A model generated the notes under the pieces. It was given only the letters and a program-made list of their open reading frames with translations, ran no database searches and was not told the origin of the DNA. A program made the translations under genes and the position numbers. From the NCBI GenBank assembly GCA_902776615.1, contig CACYQU010000006.1, positions 7,757 to 71,756 on the forward strand: DNA of 64,000 bases, written 5' to 3'. Below are positions 42,711-52,134 of this stretch, piece after piece (the stretch's first letter is position 1; each line of letters begins with the position of its first letter). This DNA is from an uncultured bacterium. GTDB taxonomy: Bacteria; Verrucomicrobiota; Kiritimatiellia; RFP12; UBA1067.

Positions 42711-42726
42711 CTGTCCTTTAGGACAG
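42711..42726. promoter_or_regulatory. 7-2-7 inverted heptamer, candidate NarL-type regulator binding site
   Basis: CTGTCCT-TT-AGGACAG is a perfect palindrome. It lies 39 nt upstream of the kinase start on the minus strand and ~26 nt upstream of the extended -10 on the plus strand. Confidence 0.4.
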
Positions 42727-42748
42727 ATTGCGTGCTTGCATACCCTTG

Positions 42749-42757
42749 TGCTATAAT
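42749..42757 (+). promoter_or_regulatory. extended -10 promoter element of the 42820 operon
   Basis: TGcTATAAT at 42749-42757. Confidence 0.4.
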
Positions 42758-42819
42758 CTTTGCAGAATCTTACAAGTATTACAAGTACGAAACCAAACGT
42801 TCATACGAAAGGACTCCTA

Positions 42820-45800
42820 ATGAAACGACACATGCTCGCAACGCTCTTCGCAATGGCCTCGCTTTTCGCGTCCGCCGCCGCAACGGTGATAAATGTTCCG
42901 GCGAATGGCTCTCTGGAGCTGACGAGCGGAAACAACAAGGACAATACAATCATCGTCGCGGCTGGAGGAGCTACGATCACGTTTGCGAACGGAAGCGGAA
43001 ACAAGACGTTTTATCCGCACCTTGTCGTTTCTGGCGGCGTTGTGCGCGTCAGTTCGTCTGGATTTTCCCGTTATCGGTTCGTCTCTGGCGTCCGTGCCGT
43101 CGACGGAGGCTCGCTTGAAATCGTCGGCGTTTCAACGATAAGCATCGACCGCAAGACAATTCCAGACCCCACTGATATCATGCCGGCCACCGGCCCACTT
43201 TGCGACTTCGACAACGTAAGCTTCACTTCCGGTTCCGGCAAACTTGCGTTCAATTACAATGCCACCGTCCGCCGGTTGCCGAACTGCAAGATCGTCGTGG
43301 AGCCAGGCGACAGTGCGGTGCCCACGACGGTTGCCCTCGCAAGCACTGACTCTAACGCCGCCGCTGCGCTGCTTGATGCTGGCTCGCTTTGCCTTACCAA
43401 CTTCAACGCCATAGCGCTTACGGCGAATGCGCTTCCCGACAGATGCAATGTGCAGGTTTCACCAGGGCGAACTTTCAAGTTCGATCAAGGGAATCTTTCT
43501 GCTGATGGTTTGACCTTGACGCCTTCCTCCGGTGCGACAGGCCTCTTCAACATTGAGCTTCTCGGGCGTGGTGCGACGGTGTGCTTTGCAAATGATGGAG
43601 GAAAGAACATCCGATGCGAGTCAAACATCACAGGGCTTGGCGAAATTCTCTTCAAGCCGAATTCAGGAACTGTCATAACGCGCTTCCGCGGCATGGCCTA
43701 TACGGCGACAGATTCTTCGTCATTTTCAATTCCGGTTGACACGGCGAACGAGCCTGTTCCCACAGAGAGCTGGAAGTCAAAGGTTTCGCACTGGTTCGAC
43801 GCTTCTGACGAGTCGACGCTCGTACCGTTCTCGTTCGATCCGTCCGTCTGGGGCGGCAATTGGGTAAGCGCAAAAAACGAATTCGATGGGAATCAGCTTG
43901 TCATTGGCATGAAGGACAAGGTGGAGGGTTCTACTGTGTCGCTGTACAACAAGCGGCTATGGAGCGCAGGCGGGCGTTTCAGCGCGTCGCAATATCACCT
44001 TCAGGTCCTGCCGTATAGGGTAAAGGACGGTTTGAACGGTAAGACGTATTTGAGTTGCGGAAAGCGCGGTGTTTCATCCGATGGAGCTAAGTATGATTCC
44101 AACGGCAATCTCATATCATCAACCGAGAACCGCCGTCTCAAATTCTGGAGTTCCACGGCGATTGACGGCAGCACAGTTCCATCAGGTGACTATACCAAGA
44201 TCAGTGCATCTTATGCAATACTCGTTTTCGGTTCGCAGAACGGCGGGGGCGAAGCGGTAATCGGTACGGACGGCAATCAGGTGTCCGGGAACGGTTCGTT
44301 TGTCCGGCAGAGTGGAATCGACAAGGCATGGACTACCCGAGACGGTTATTCCATGCATGCTGATGGGCTTACTGTAAATCCGAAAAATGCAAAGCCGAAC
44401 GGCGGATGGCAGATTCTATCTATAGACATGTCGGCAACAAATACGCTGGTCAACGGTCTCGGGCCGATGGATGCCAATGCCAACGAAACCGACTGCGGCG
44501 GTCAGAACTACGCCGAAGTCATCTTCTTCTCCGAGAAGCCGACGACTGTCGAGCGCGCCGCCTGCGAGCGCTACCTTGCCGAGAAGTGGGGCCTCGAATC
44601 CTCTTATGCGCAGTGGGATGTCCCGTATGCGCAGCTTAGCGGCAGTTCTGGAACTGTAACCCTTTACGATGACGTCAGAACCACATACGACAGTGTGGAA
44701 AAGATAGCTGCGGAAGGTTCGTTCTCCGGCACAGTAATCATACCGTCCGGAAAGACGCTGGTCATTGAGAAGCCACTTCCACCTACAGAAGCGGATGTGT
44801 CGGAGACGAATCGCGTCGGATGGTACGACCCCGACTTTTCGGGTGCGGTTGTATACGATGCAACCGCGCTTGGACACGACGATTTGCTCTACGTACTTTA
44901 TGGCAGGACGTTGGTGGACTTGTGCACAGACGATAACGATATATGGTTCACGAGCGGATGGCGCGGAAATAGCGGGGCCGTCAACAATTTCGCACCTTCC
45001 GTCTCACGGTCTGCACGAGGTGCGCTTACAACCGGCCCTAAACGCAACTGGCTCAATTTCAAGGAAAGTTACGGGGATTCCCTCGGTAATATGATTCGCT
45101 CTCGCAAGGTAAGTTCGGGCGTAAACGGATCCATGTACGGCATGAAAGTCCGGCAGGGGTTCTTTGTCGTCGATACTTCGTCCGGAGGCGGTGACATATT
45201 CAATACAGATGCTACGTTTTCTAACGGCAAGATAAAGCCCCGCACCGACGGAAGCGACAGCAGCAAACCGATCTGGCGTGATGGTACGGTCGCTATGTCA
45301 GGTACATGGCTCGACACGGACGAGATCAACGGGGCGGAGCGAGGCTACAACGGCAGGGCAGAGGTTTTGTCTTTTGCTACCGAAAGCGAGACTTTGAATG
45401 TGGGGTATGTTGCAAACTACAATGGTTCTCATGCCGAGATTGTCGGTGAATTCATACTCTACTCCGAGCCTCTGGAGGATGCGGCACGGACGAAGGTGCA
45501 GGAGTACCTGATGTACAAGTGGTTTGGTGACCTGAACGGGAAGTACGCAGACTACTCCGGCGCGACTGTTACGGGCGCAGGTACGGTTAAGAGCCCGACC
45601 TTGCGCAACCTGCCGAAGTTCGGCAACAACTTCACGGGCGAACTAACCGGCGGCTCGCGGCTTGAGTTCAACCTTGGCGCGGAAGGCGTCGCCGATGCGT
45701 TGGCGATTGGCCGTGCGCTCGCGTTGGAGAATGGCGCGACTGTTACGGTGAATGTGAGCGGCAAGCCGGCAGCAGGCCATTATACTCTGCTGACTGCGAC

Positions 45801-45930
45801 GTCCATAACCGGCTCGGCGACACTTGACGTGAACGGTCTCCCGGAAGGACGCAGGGCTGTTCTGCATGTCGAAACGAGTGAAATCTGGCTTGAGATTCTT
45901 TCGCCAGGTCTTATGATCATCGTGCGCTGA
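42820..45930 (+). CDS. large secreted beta-helix/LamG-repeat protein
   Basis: Start at MKRHMLATLFAMASLFASAAA signal peptide. Two LamG-like modules each end in ER..CERYLAEKWGL / AR.KVQEYLMYKWFG. The C-terminus ends in SPGLMIIVR. Confidence 0.8.
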   Translation: MKRHMLATLFAMASLFASAAATVINVPANGSLELTSGNNKDNTIIVAAGGATITFANGSGNKTFYPHLVVSGGVVRVSSSGFSRYRFVSGVRAVDGGSLEIVGVSTISIDRKTIPDPTDIMPATGPLCDFDNVSFTSGSGKLAFNYNATVRRLPNCKIVVEPGDSAVPTTVALASTDSNAAAALLDAGSLCLTNFNAIALTANALPDRCNVQVSPGRTFKFDQGNLSADGLTLTPSSGATGLFNIELLGRGATVCFANDGGKNIRCESNITGLGEILFKPNSGTVITRFRGMAYTATDSSSFSIPVDTANEPVPTESWKSKVSHWFDASDESTLVPFSFDPSVWGGNWVSAKNEFDGNQLVIGMKDKVEGSTVSLYNKRLWSAGGRFSASQYHLQVLPYRVKDGLNGKTYLSCGKRGVSSDGAKYDSNGNLISSTENRRLKFWSSTAIDGSTVPSGDYTKISASYAILVFGSQNGGGEAVIGTDGNQVSGNGSFVRQSGIDKAWTTRDGYSMHADGLTVNPKNAKPNGGWQILSIDMSATNTLVNGLGPMDANANETDCGGQNYAEVIFFSEKPTTVERAACERYLAEKWGLESSYAQWDVPYAQLSGSSGTVTLYDDVRTTYDSVEKIAAEGSFSGTVIIPSGKTLVIEKPLPPTEADVSETNRVGWYDPDFSGAVVYDATALGHDDLLYVLYGRTLVDLCTDDNDIWFTSGWRGNSGAVNNFAPSVSRSARGALTTGPKRNWLNFKESYGDSLGNMIRSRKVSSGVNGSMYGMKVRQGFFVVDTSSGGGDIFNTDATFSNGKIKPRTDGSDSSKPIWRDGTVAMSGTWLDTDEINGAERGYNGRAEVLSFATESETLNVGYVANYNGSHAEIVGEFILYSEPLEDAARTKVQEYLMYKWFGDLNGKYADYSGATVTGAGTVKSPTLRNLPKFGNNFTGELTGGSRLEFNLGAEGVADALAIGRALALENGATVTVNVSGKPAAGHYTLLTATSITGSATLDVNGLPEGRRAVLHVETSEIWLEILSPGLMIIVR

Positions 45931-45959
45931 CCACGGAAGCTGTACAGGAGCTGGCGAAA

Positions 45960-46976
45960 TTGAAGTGTGACAGGCGATCGTTCCTCGCGCTTGCGGCCGC
46001 AGGGTTTGCAGGGTGCCTCACAGGCGACGACAGTTTGCCTGCGGCTGAGACCGCAGGCGCGGCTGATGGCGCGGCGGACGCGTCCGTCGGGAAGTTCGAC
46101 GAGAATCTGAGCATCATATTCTCCGACGCGCACGTGTGCGGAGAGGAGGCGCGCGCTGCGGAGTTCACGCCTAGGCGCCTTGCGGCGTTCGTCGACGAGG
46201 TGCTCGCGATGCGTCCGATGCCGAAGCGCGTTGTCCATCTCGGCGACCTCGCCTACCTTCACGGACATCCTGCCGACTATGCAGTCGCCAAGCCGATTCT
46301 CCAGCGGCTGGAGGACGCGGGCATAGAGCTTGTCTTCTGCATGGGGAATCACGACCGCAGAAGCGAGTTCGCCAAGCTCTGGCCGGGCCGCCTTGAAGCG
46401 TCGCCTGTGCAGGGGAAGTTTGTGTCGGTCACTTCGCTCGGCACTGCCGACCTGGTGATTCTCGACGGACTTCAGGGCACGGACGACCGCCTGCTTACCG
46501 ACATTGGGCCTGGAAACGGTCTCATGACGCCCGACCAGTTTGCGTGGATAAAGAAGAACCTCCCGAAGCGCGAGCGCCCGTTCTTCGTCGCGTCGCACTT
46601 TCCGGTCGACGACTTCAAGACGTCCGACAAGAAGCACGGACACCTCGGTCGCTGGCTCATAAAGAACGCCCCCATGTGCGTCGGCTATCTTTACGGACAT
46701 CTCCACCGCTGGCGTCCTGAGTGGATTCACGGTTCATGGAAGGAGCGCGCCACCCTGCGCACGCTTTGCATGCCGTCGAACGCGCTCTGGGGCGATATCG
46801 GATATGTGAAGATGCGTACTTTCGCGGATCGCGCGGTGTGCTCGCTTGAGTTGAAGGACTTCTTCTTCCCGGCCGAGCCGCGGGATCCAAACGACCGCGC
46901 CGCACCGTGGCGCGTGAAGATCGAGGAGACGCGCGGCGCGACATGCACATTCCTCTACGACAGACAGGGAGGTTGA
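45960..46976 (+). CDS. Tat-signal calcineurin-like metallophosphoesterase (paralog of 23957-24895)
   Basis: DRRSFLALAAAG signal; FSDAHV, LGDLAY, MGNHDRR, ASHFP and LYGHLHRW motifs; TTG start. Confidence 0.8.
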   Translation: MKCDRRSFLALAAAGFAGCLTGDDSLPAAETAGAADGAADASVGKFDENLSIIFSDAHVCGEEARAAEFTPRRLAAFVDEVLAMRPMPKRVVHLGDLAYLHGHPADYAVAKPILQRLEDAGIELVFCMGNHDRRSEFAKLWPGRLEASPVQGKFVSVTSLGTADLVILDGLQGTDDRLLTDIGPGNGLMTPDQFAWIKKNLPKRERPFFVASHFPVDDFKTSDKKHGHLGRWLIKNAPMCVGYLYGHLHRWRPEWIHGSWKERATLRTLCMPSNALWGDIGYVKMRTFADRAVCSLELKDFFFPAEPRDPNDRAAPWRVKIEETRGATCTFLYDRQGG

Positions 46977-46977
46977 G

Positions 46978-47787
46978 ATGAAAGCGTTCAGACTCGCCGT
47001 CGCCGCCATTGTCGCGGTGCTTTGCTTCGCCACCGCAGCTAGTGCGCAGACGTTCGCCGAGCGCCTTGCTGCACAACGTCCGTTCTTGATTGCCCATCGC
47101 GGCTGCCAGTCGCTTGCGCCGGAAAACACGGTCGCGTCGTTCGTCTGCGCCGCGCGGCTCGGGCTTGACGCCATCGAGACGGATGTGCACCTCTCGAAGG
47201 ACGGAGTGCTCGTATGCGCGCACGACGACGATCTCGTGCGCATGTTCGGCGTGGAGCGCAAAGTCGCCGACATGACTTTCGCCGAACTGCGGGAACTCGT
47301 TCCGGTGAAGGGGAAGGGACTCAAGGCGTGGCCTAAGGAGGTGCTTCGCATCCCGACCTTTTCGGAGTATCTCAATGTGTGCGAACGCTACGACAAGGTT
47401 CCGTTCATCGAGACGAAGGGCGATGTGGCCGTGGTGGATCCGGTTCTCAGGGAAGTGCGCCGGCGCGGACTGCAGAACGTCGCCGTCCTGTCGTGCATCC
47501 AGTTCGAGCACATCCGCGAGGCGAGGCGACTCGACAAGGAGATATTCGTTCATCACATTTTCAGCGAACCGCAGCTTCTCGACGAGCTGGCGGCGATGGG
47601 CAACGCGGGCCTTTCGTACAATTTCAAAGACCTCTCGGCGGTTCCGGATGGAATTGTCGAGTGTGTTCACGCCAAGGGCGTCAAGATGTGCCTTAGGGCG
47701 GGTGACACGCCGGAGGCTGTCGCGAGGATGGTTGCGATGGGACTGGACTACATTCCAACCAATGTAACTGTTCCGCTGAATCGGTAA
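46978..47787 (+). CDS. glycerophosphodiester phosphodiesterase (GDPD family), secreted
   Basis: Signal peptide, then FLIAHRGCQSLAPENTVASF..A...G.DAIETDVHLSKDGVLVCAHDDDL, the GDPD catalytic signature. Confidence 0.85.
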   Translation: MKAFRLAVAAIVAVLCFATAASAQTFAERLAAQRPFLIAHRGCQSLAPENTVASFVCAARLGLDAIETDVHLSKDGVLVCAHDDDLVRMFGVERKVADMTFAELRELVPVKGKGLKAWPKEVLRIPTFSEYLNVCERYDKVPFIETKGDVAVVDPVLREVRRRGLQNVAVLSCIQFEHIREARRLDKEIFVHHIFSEPQLLDELAAMGNAGLSYNFKDLSAVPDGIVECVHAKGVKMCLRAGDTPEAVARMVAMGLDYIPTNVTVPLNR

Positions 47788-47818
47788 GGCGGTTCGCGGG
47801 AAGAAAGGACACAGGCTT

Positions 47819-49777
47819 ATGGATTTCAACAGACGCAATTTTCTGAAGGGCATTTCGCTCGCAGCGTTTGCCGGTGCGGCGTCGCCAAGGCTCATGGCGG
47901 AGGGTACGACTCTCGCCCTGCCGGAGATGTCCGGCGGAAGGCTCAAGCCGGGCAGTCTGCAAGAGGTTGAGCACGAGGTCGATCTCTGCGTCGTAGGCGG
48001 CGGAATAGGCGGCATGCTAACGGCGATTTCAGCCGCGCGCCGCGGCGCGAAGGTTGCGCTCATGCACGACAGGCCGGTGCTCGGCGGCAACGCGTCCAGC
48101 GAGATACGCATGTGGATCTGCGGCGCAGGCACGCGCGTGAGGAACCTGCAGGAAACGGGCATAATGGAGGAGATCGCCCTCGACAACATGGCCCGCAATC
48201 CGTCGCGCAACTGGTCCATATGGGACGCGCTCCTCTACGAGAAGGTGCGCTTCGAGCCGAATATCGATCTCATCCTCAACTGCGCGTGCTGCGAGGCGAA
48301 GATGGACGGTGCGAGAATCGAGTCGGTCACAGGCTTCCAGCTCACAACCTACCAGCGGCACACCGTGCGCGCGAAGATATTCGCCGACTGCTCCGGCGAT
48401 TCCATCCTCGCGCCGCTTACAGGCGCGGCGTACCGCGTCGGGCGCGAGGCCAAGAGCGAGTTCGGCGAGGAGTTCGGAATCGAGAGCGCCGACCGCAAGA
48501 CGATGGGCTCCAGTCTGCTCATCCAGGCTCGCGAGACCGACCACAAGGTTGCGTTCACTCCGCCCGCCTGGGCCTACGATTTCCCGGACGACGAATCGCT
48601 CAACCACAAGCCCCACGACTGTCTCCTGAAGCCGCACACCAATTTCTACTGGATAGAGCTCGGCGGCGAGGCGAACACGATCGCCGACGCCGAGAAACTG
48701 CGCGACGAGCTTCTGAAGATCGCCTTCGGCGTGTGGGACCACATGAAGAACCACGGCGAGCATGGCGCAGACAACTGGGAGCTCGAGTGGATCGGATTCC
48801 TTCCCGGCAAGCGCGAAAGCCGCCGCTATGTCGGCGACTATACGCTTACGCAGGATGACGTCGAGAACGGCAGCAAACGGTTCGAGGATACCGTCGCCTA
48901 CGGCGGCTGGCAGATCGACAACCACCTGCCGGGCGGATTCTGGATGAAGTCCAAGGACGGCGCCCATCTCCAAAAGCGTCGGCTTACCGAACCTTACGCG
49001 ATACCCTACCGCGCGCTCTATTCGCGAGATGTCGAGAACCTGATGTTCGCAGGGCGCAATCTTTCCGCGACCCACGCGGCGTTCGCGTCCGCCCGCGTGA
49101 TGGGAACGATCGGACTGATGGGGCAGGCTGTGGGAACAGCCGCCGCGCTCGCGGTCGAGAAGGGCGTCATGCCGCGCGGCATCTACGCCGACAAGTCGCT
49201 GCTGAAGGAACTGCAGCGGCGCTTGATGGACGACGACTGCTTCCTGCCGCATCTGCGCCGCGAGATTTCCCCGCTTGCAAAGGCCGCAACGCTCACGGCG
49301 GACTACGGCGATGCGAGCGATCTTCTGAATGGCGTCGACCGCAGGATATGGGGACGAGACAACGGTTATTTCGGCAAGACAAACCAGGCGATTACCTTTC
49401 AGTTCGACAAGCCGACCTTCGTCGGCGGCTTCAGGCTTGTCGTCGACAGCGACCTTGACCGTGAGAACATTGACGGTCACCCCGACCTTCTCACGATACC
49501 GATGCCGTTGTTCAAGGGGCGTGGCTACGGCAATACGTCTTTCACGTTTCCGAGAACGGTACTCAAACACTTCCGCGTCGACGTGAAGGGCGCTGACGGC
49601 GAGTGGACTACGGCGTTCGAGACGAAGGACAACCACCAGCGGCTTGTGCGCGGCAGAATTGAGCGAGAGTGCCTTGCGGTGCGTCTGATGCCGCTCTCGA
49701 CCTGGGGCAGCGAACTCAAAGCCGAGACGTATGGTAGCGCTACCGCCCACATCTTCGCTTTTGAACCCACCGCCTGA
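47819..49777 (+). CDS. Tat-signal FAD-dependent oxidoreductase (paralog of 18535-20385)
   Basis: NRRNFLKGISLAAFAG signal; LCVVGGGIGGMLTAISAARRGAKVALMHDRPVLGGNASSEIRM; collinear with the 18535 protein through the C-terminal beta-sandwich. Confidence 0.85.
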   Translation: MDFNRRNFLKGISLAAFAGAASPRLMAEGTTLALPEMSGGRLKPGSLQEVEHEVDLCVVGGGIGGMLTAISAARRGAKVALMHDRPVLGGNASSEIRMWICGAGTRVRNLQETGIMEEIALDNMARNPSRNWSIWDALLYEKVRFEPNIDLILNCACCEAKMDGARIESVTGFQLTTYQRHTVRAKIFADCSGDSILAPLTGAAYRVGREAKSEFGEEFGIESADRKTMGSSLLIQARETDHKVAFTPPAWAYDFPDDESLNHKPHDCLLKPHTNFYWIELGGEANTIADAEKLRDELLKIAFGVWDHMKNHGEHGADNWELEWIGFLPGKRESRRYVGDYTLTQDDVENGSKRFEDTVAYGGWQIDNHLPGGFWMKSKDGAHLQKRRLTEPYAIPYRALYSRDVENLMFAGRNLSATHAAFASARVMGTIGLMGQAVGTAAALAVEKGVMPRGIYADKSLLKELQRRLMDDDCFLPHLRREISPLAKAATLTADYGDASDLLNGVDRRIWGRDNGYFGKTNQAITFQFDKPTFVGGFRLVVDSDLDRENIDGHPDLLTIPMPLFKGRGYGNTSFTFPRTVLKHFRVDVKGADGEWTTAFETKDNHQRLVRGRIERECLAVRLMPLSTWGSELKAETYGSATAHIFAFEPTA

Positions 49778-49806
49778 CAATTCGTGTCATCAGATCGAGG
49801 TTTGAT

Positions 49807-50895
49807 ATGATTATGAAGAATGGAATTCACATGATGGCGAAGAGTTGGCGAGCTGTGGCGGTTTCTGCCGTACTGGTGGGGCTGTCGGGATGCATAGCCA
49901 TCACCGACAGCGCTTCACCGGGTTGTGCGGCGCTGCCTTCCTGGCGCGACGACGCGCCCGCAAAAATGGAACTCCTCAAGTACGTCGCGGCAGCCACGGA
50001 CGAATCATCTTCAGGCTACATCCCGCCAGATGAACGAATCGCGGTGTTTGATTTCGACGGCACACTGTTCTGCGAGACGGCTCCGACTTATTTCGACTGG
50101 GCGCTTTTCGAGCACCGTGTTCTGGACGACGCATCGTACACGCCGACAGAGACCCAGGCGTCTGTGGCGCGCAAAGCGCGCGAGACCGGCGTCTGGCCGG
50201 GATTGAGCTTCGAACGCGAGCGCATGATGGCAGAGGCGTGGCGCGGTTTCACGCCGGATGCATTTGCCGAATATGTGCGCGCGTTTGCCGCCGAACCGCA
50301 GCCTGGGTTTGCAGGCATGAAGAGAGGCGAGGCTTTCTATCGTCCTATGGTGGAGGTAGTGCGGTTCCTTGTGGACAATGGGTTTTGCGTGTATGTGTGC
50401 AGCGGAACCGACAGGTTTATGATGCGTCCGGTTGTTGAAGACGGGCTTTCGCTTCCGCCGCGTCAGATCATAGGGTCCGACAGCGCAATCGCCGCGCGCT
50501 TGCAGGATGGACGCGACGGGCTTGAATACATTTACGACAGGGATGACGAAATCGTTCTTGACGGCGTCAGCCTGGTAAAGAACCTTCAGATGAACAAGGT
50601 TGTGGCGATCGAGCGCGAGATAGGCGCACACCCCGTGCTGGCGTTTGGCAACAGCATGAGTGACGCCAGTATGTTGAACCATGCTCTGCAGAACGGGCGG
50701 AGAAGGGCGCTTGCCTTCATGCTGCTTTGCGACGACATGTCGCGTGAATACGGAAACGCCTTAAGAGCGCGGAAAATGCAGTCCGCCTGCGGGAAGTACG
50801 GCTGGATTCCCGTTTCGATGCGGGATGACTGGAAGACGATTTACGGGCCCGGTGTGACGCGCGATCCTGCGCCGTTTGCGCACATGCGCCGATAG
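49807..50895 (+). CDS. HAD-superfamily hydrolase (phosphatase-like) lipoprotein
   Basis: LVGLSGC lipobox; motif I VFDFDGTLF; later CSGTDRF and GNSMSDASML blocks. The start could be a downstream in-frame ATG. Confidence 0.75.
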   Translation: MIMKNGIHMMAKSWRAVAVSAVLVGLSGCIAITDSASPGCAALPSWRDDAPAKMELLKYVAAATDESSSGYIPPDERIAVFDFDGTLFCETAPTYFDWALFEHRVLDDASYTPTETQASVARKARETGVWPGLSFERERMMAEAWRGFTPDAFAEYVRAFAAEPQPGFAGMKRGEAFYRPMVEVVRFLVDNGFCVYVCSGTDRFMMRPVVEDGLSLPPRQIIGSDSAIAARLQDGRDGLEYIYDRDDEIVLDGVSLVKNLQMNKVVAIEREIGAHPVLAFGNSMSDASMLNHALQNGRRRALAFMLLCDDMSREYGNALRARKMQSACGKYGWIPVSMRDDWKTIYGPGVTRDPAPFAHMRR

Positions 50896-50899
50896 GCAC

Positions 50900-50928
50900 T
50901 TGCATTCTGCCGGCGGATTCGGTATAAT
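50900..50928 (+). promoter_or_regulatory. sigma70 promoter of the small-basic-protein/prmA unit
   Basis: TTGCAT (50900-50905), 17-nt spacer, TATAAT (50923-50928). Confidence 0.5.
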
Positions 50929-50976
50929 ACACCCCAAATTTTCACCCACATAAGGAAGAAAGAAGAGGTTATCAAA

Positions 50977-51192
50977 ATGGGTACAGGTCGTACACTTCGC
51001 AAGGAATCGCATGTTCGTCCGTGCAAGACGCCCGCCGGCAAGGCGCGCAAGAACGCGTCGCAGCGCCGCCGTCTCGTCAAGTTCGGCATGGCGGAGGAAG
51101 ATGTCAAGCTCATGGGCGACGAGGCTGTTCGCGTTATGGTGCAGCGTCCTACGCTCGTGAAGAAGCTTGTCGCCAAAAAGGCGGCGAAGTGA
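50977..51192 (+). CDS. small basic hypothetical protein (71 aa)
   Basis: Purine-rich RBS (AAGGAAGAAAGAAGAGG) and a Lys/Arg-rich sequence; GTGA overlap with the prmA start. Confidence 0.5.
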   Translation: MGTGRTLRKESHVRPCKTPAGKARKNASQRRRLVKFGMAEEDVKLMGDEAVRVMVQRPTLVKKLVAKKAAK

Positions 51193-52085
51193 ACAAGGTA
51201 TATTGTTCCATAGCTGAACGCTTTGTAAATCCCCTCTTCGAAGTATTCGACGGGGGGGATTTCATTTTGTCGTCATACCGCGACATAGAGGAAAGCCTCA
51301 CTCAGGTTCAGATATTCTTTCCGGATCCGGAGCCTCCGCGAACAGTTGCGGACGATGTCGCCGAGGCGACGCGCCGCCTTGCAGACGCTCTCGGGATAGT
51401 AGGCGCCAAAGCCGAGATCATGTCGGGAACCGTGCCCGACGAAGACTGGAAGCTTTCATACCGTCGGCACTTCACGACGGAACGCATCGGTTCGCGGCTT
51501 GTTGTGCGTCCGCCATGGGAACCTTTGCCGGACGATGGAATTGTAGTCACGCTCGATCCTGGGCTTGCGTTCGGCACGGGCAAGCACGAAACAACGCGCG
51601 CATGCCTTGAGTACATCGACGAGCTCGCGTCGGAAGGCGGCAGCTTCCTGGACATGGGTTGCGGCAGCGGAATACTTTCGATAGCTGCCGTCAAGCTCGG
51701 CTATTCGCCTGTCGCGGGTTTCGACGTTGACGGCGACGCCGTGCAGGCTTCAATCGACAATGCTGCGGCAAATGGCGTAAAAGTGGATTTCTTCCGCCAT
51801 GCTCTCGGCGGCGCAAGAACCGACGAAAACGGCGATCCGGTTGCCGTAGGGGATCCTGGCCGGGCCTTGGGCGGCAGCTGCGACCTTGTGGCGGCGAACA
51901 TACTCGGTCCATTGCTCATACGCTATGCAGACGAGATCGTTCCCTTCGTCGGCAAGCGCATAATAGTTTCCGGCATATTGAGCACTTTGTATCCTGAAGT
52001 GCTGGACGCTTTCGCTTCGCGCGGCTTGCACGAGATATCGCATCGTACCATCGGAGAGTGGACGACCGGGCTGCTTTCCCGCTGA
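51189..52085 (+). CDS. prmA: ribosomal protein L11 methyltransferase
   Basis: GTG start chosen at 51189. W...YR..F....IG.RLVVRPPWE, LDPGLAFGTGKHETT and the SAM motif FLDMGCGSGILSIAA are present. Confidence 0.85.
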   Translation: MNKVYCSIAERFVNPLFEVFDGGDFILSSYRDIEESLTQVQIFFPDPEPPRTVADDVAEATRRLADALGIVGAKAEIMSGTVPDEDWKLSYRRHFTTERIGSRLVVRPPWEPLPDDGIVVTLDPGLAFGTGKHETTRACLEYIDELASEGGSFLDMGCGSGILSIAAVKLGYSPVAGFDVDGDAVQASIDNAAANGVKVDFFRHALGGARTDENGDPVAVGDPGRALGGSCDLVAANILGPLLIRYADEIVPFVGKRIIVSGILSTLYPEVLDAFASRGLHEISHRTIGEWTTGLLSR

Positions 52086-52117
52086 CCTCGCCGCTTTTAC
52101 GCGGGGGCGTGTGTTTT

Positions 52118-52126
52118 TGGTATAAT
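52118..52126 (+). promoter_or_regulatory. extended -10 element 8 nt upstream of the OMP start codon (leaderless candidate)
   Basis: TGgTATAAT at 52118-52126; ATG at 52135. Confidence 0.45.
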
Positions 52127-52134
52127 ACATACCC

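Noticed and set aside
46657-49780. Minus-strand ORFs 46657-48219 (520 aa) and 48029-49780 (583 aa)
   Set aside because: They are antisense to the GDPD and FAD-oxidoreductase genes. Composition is Arg/Pro-rich with no recognisable motifs.
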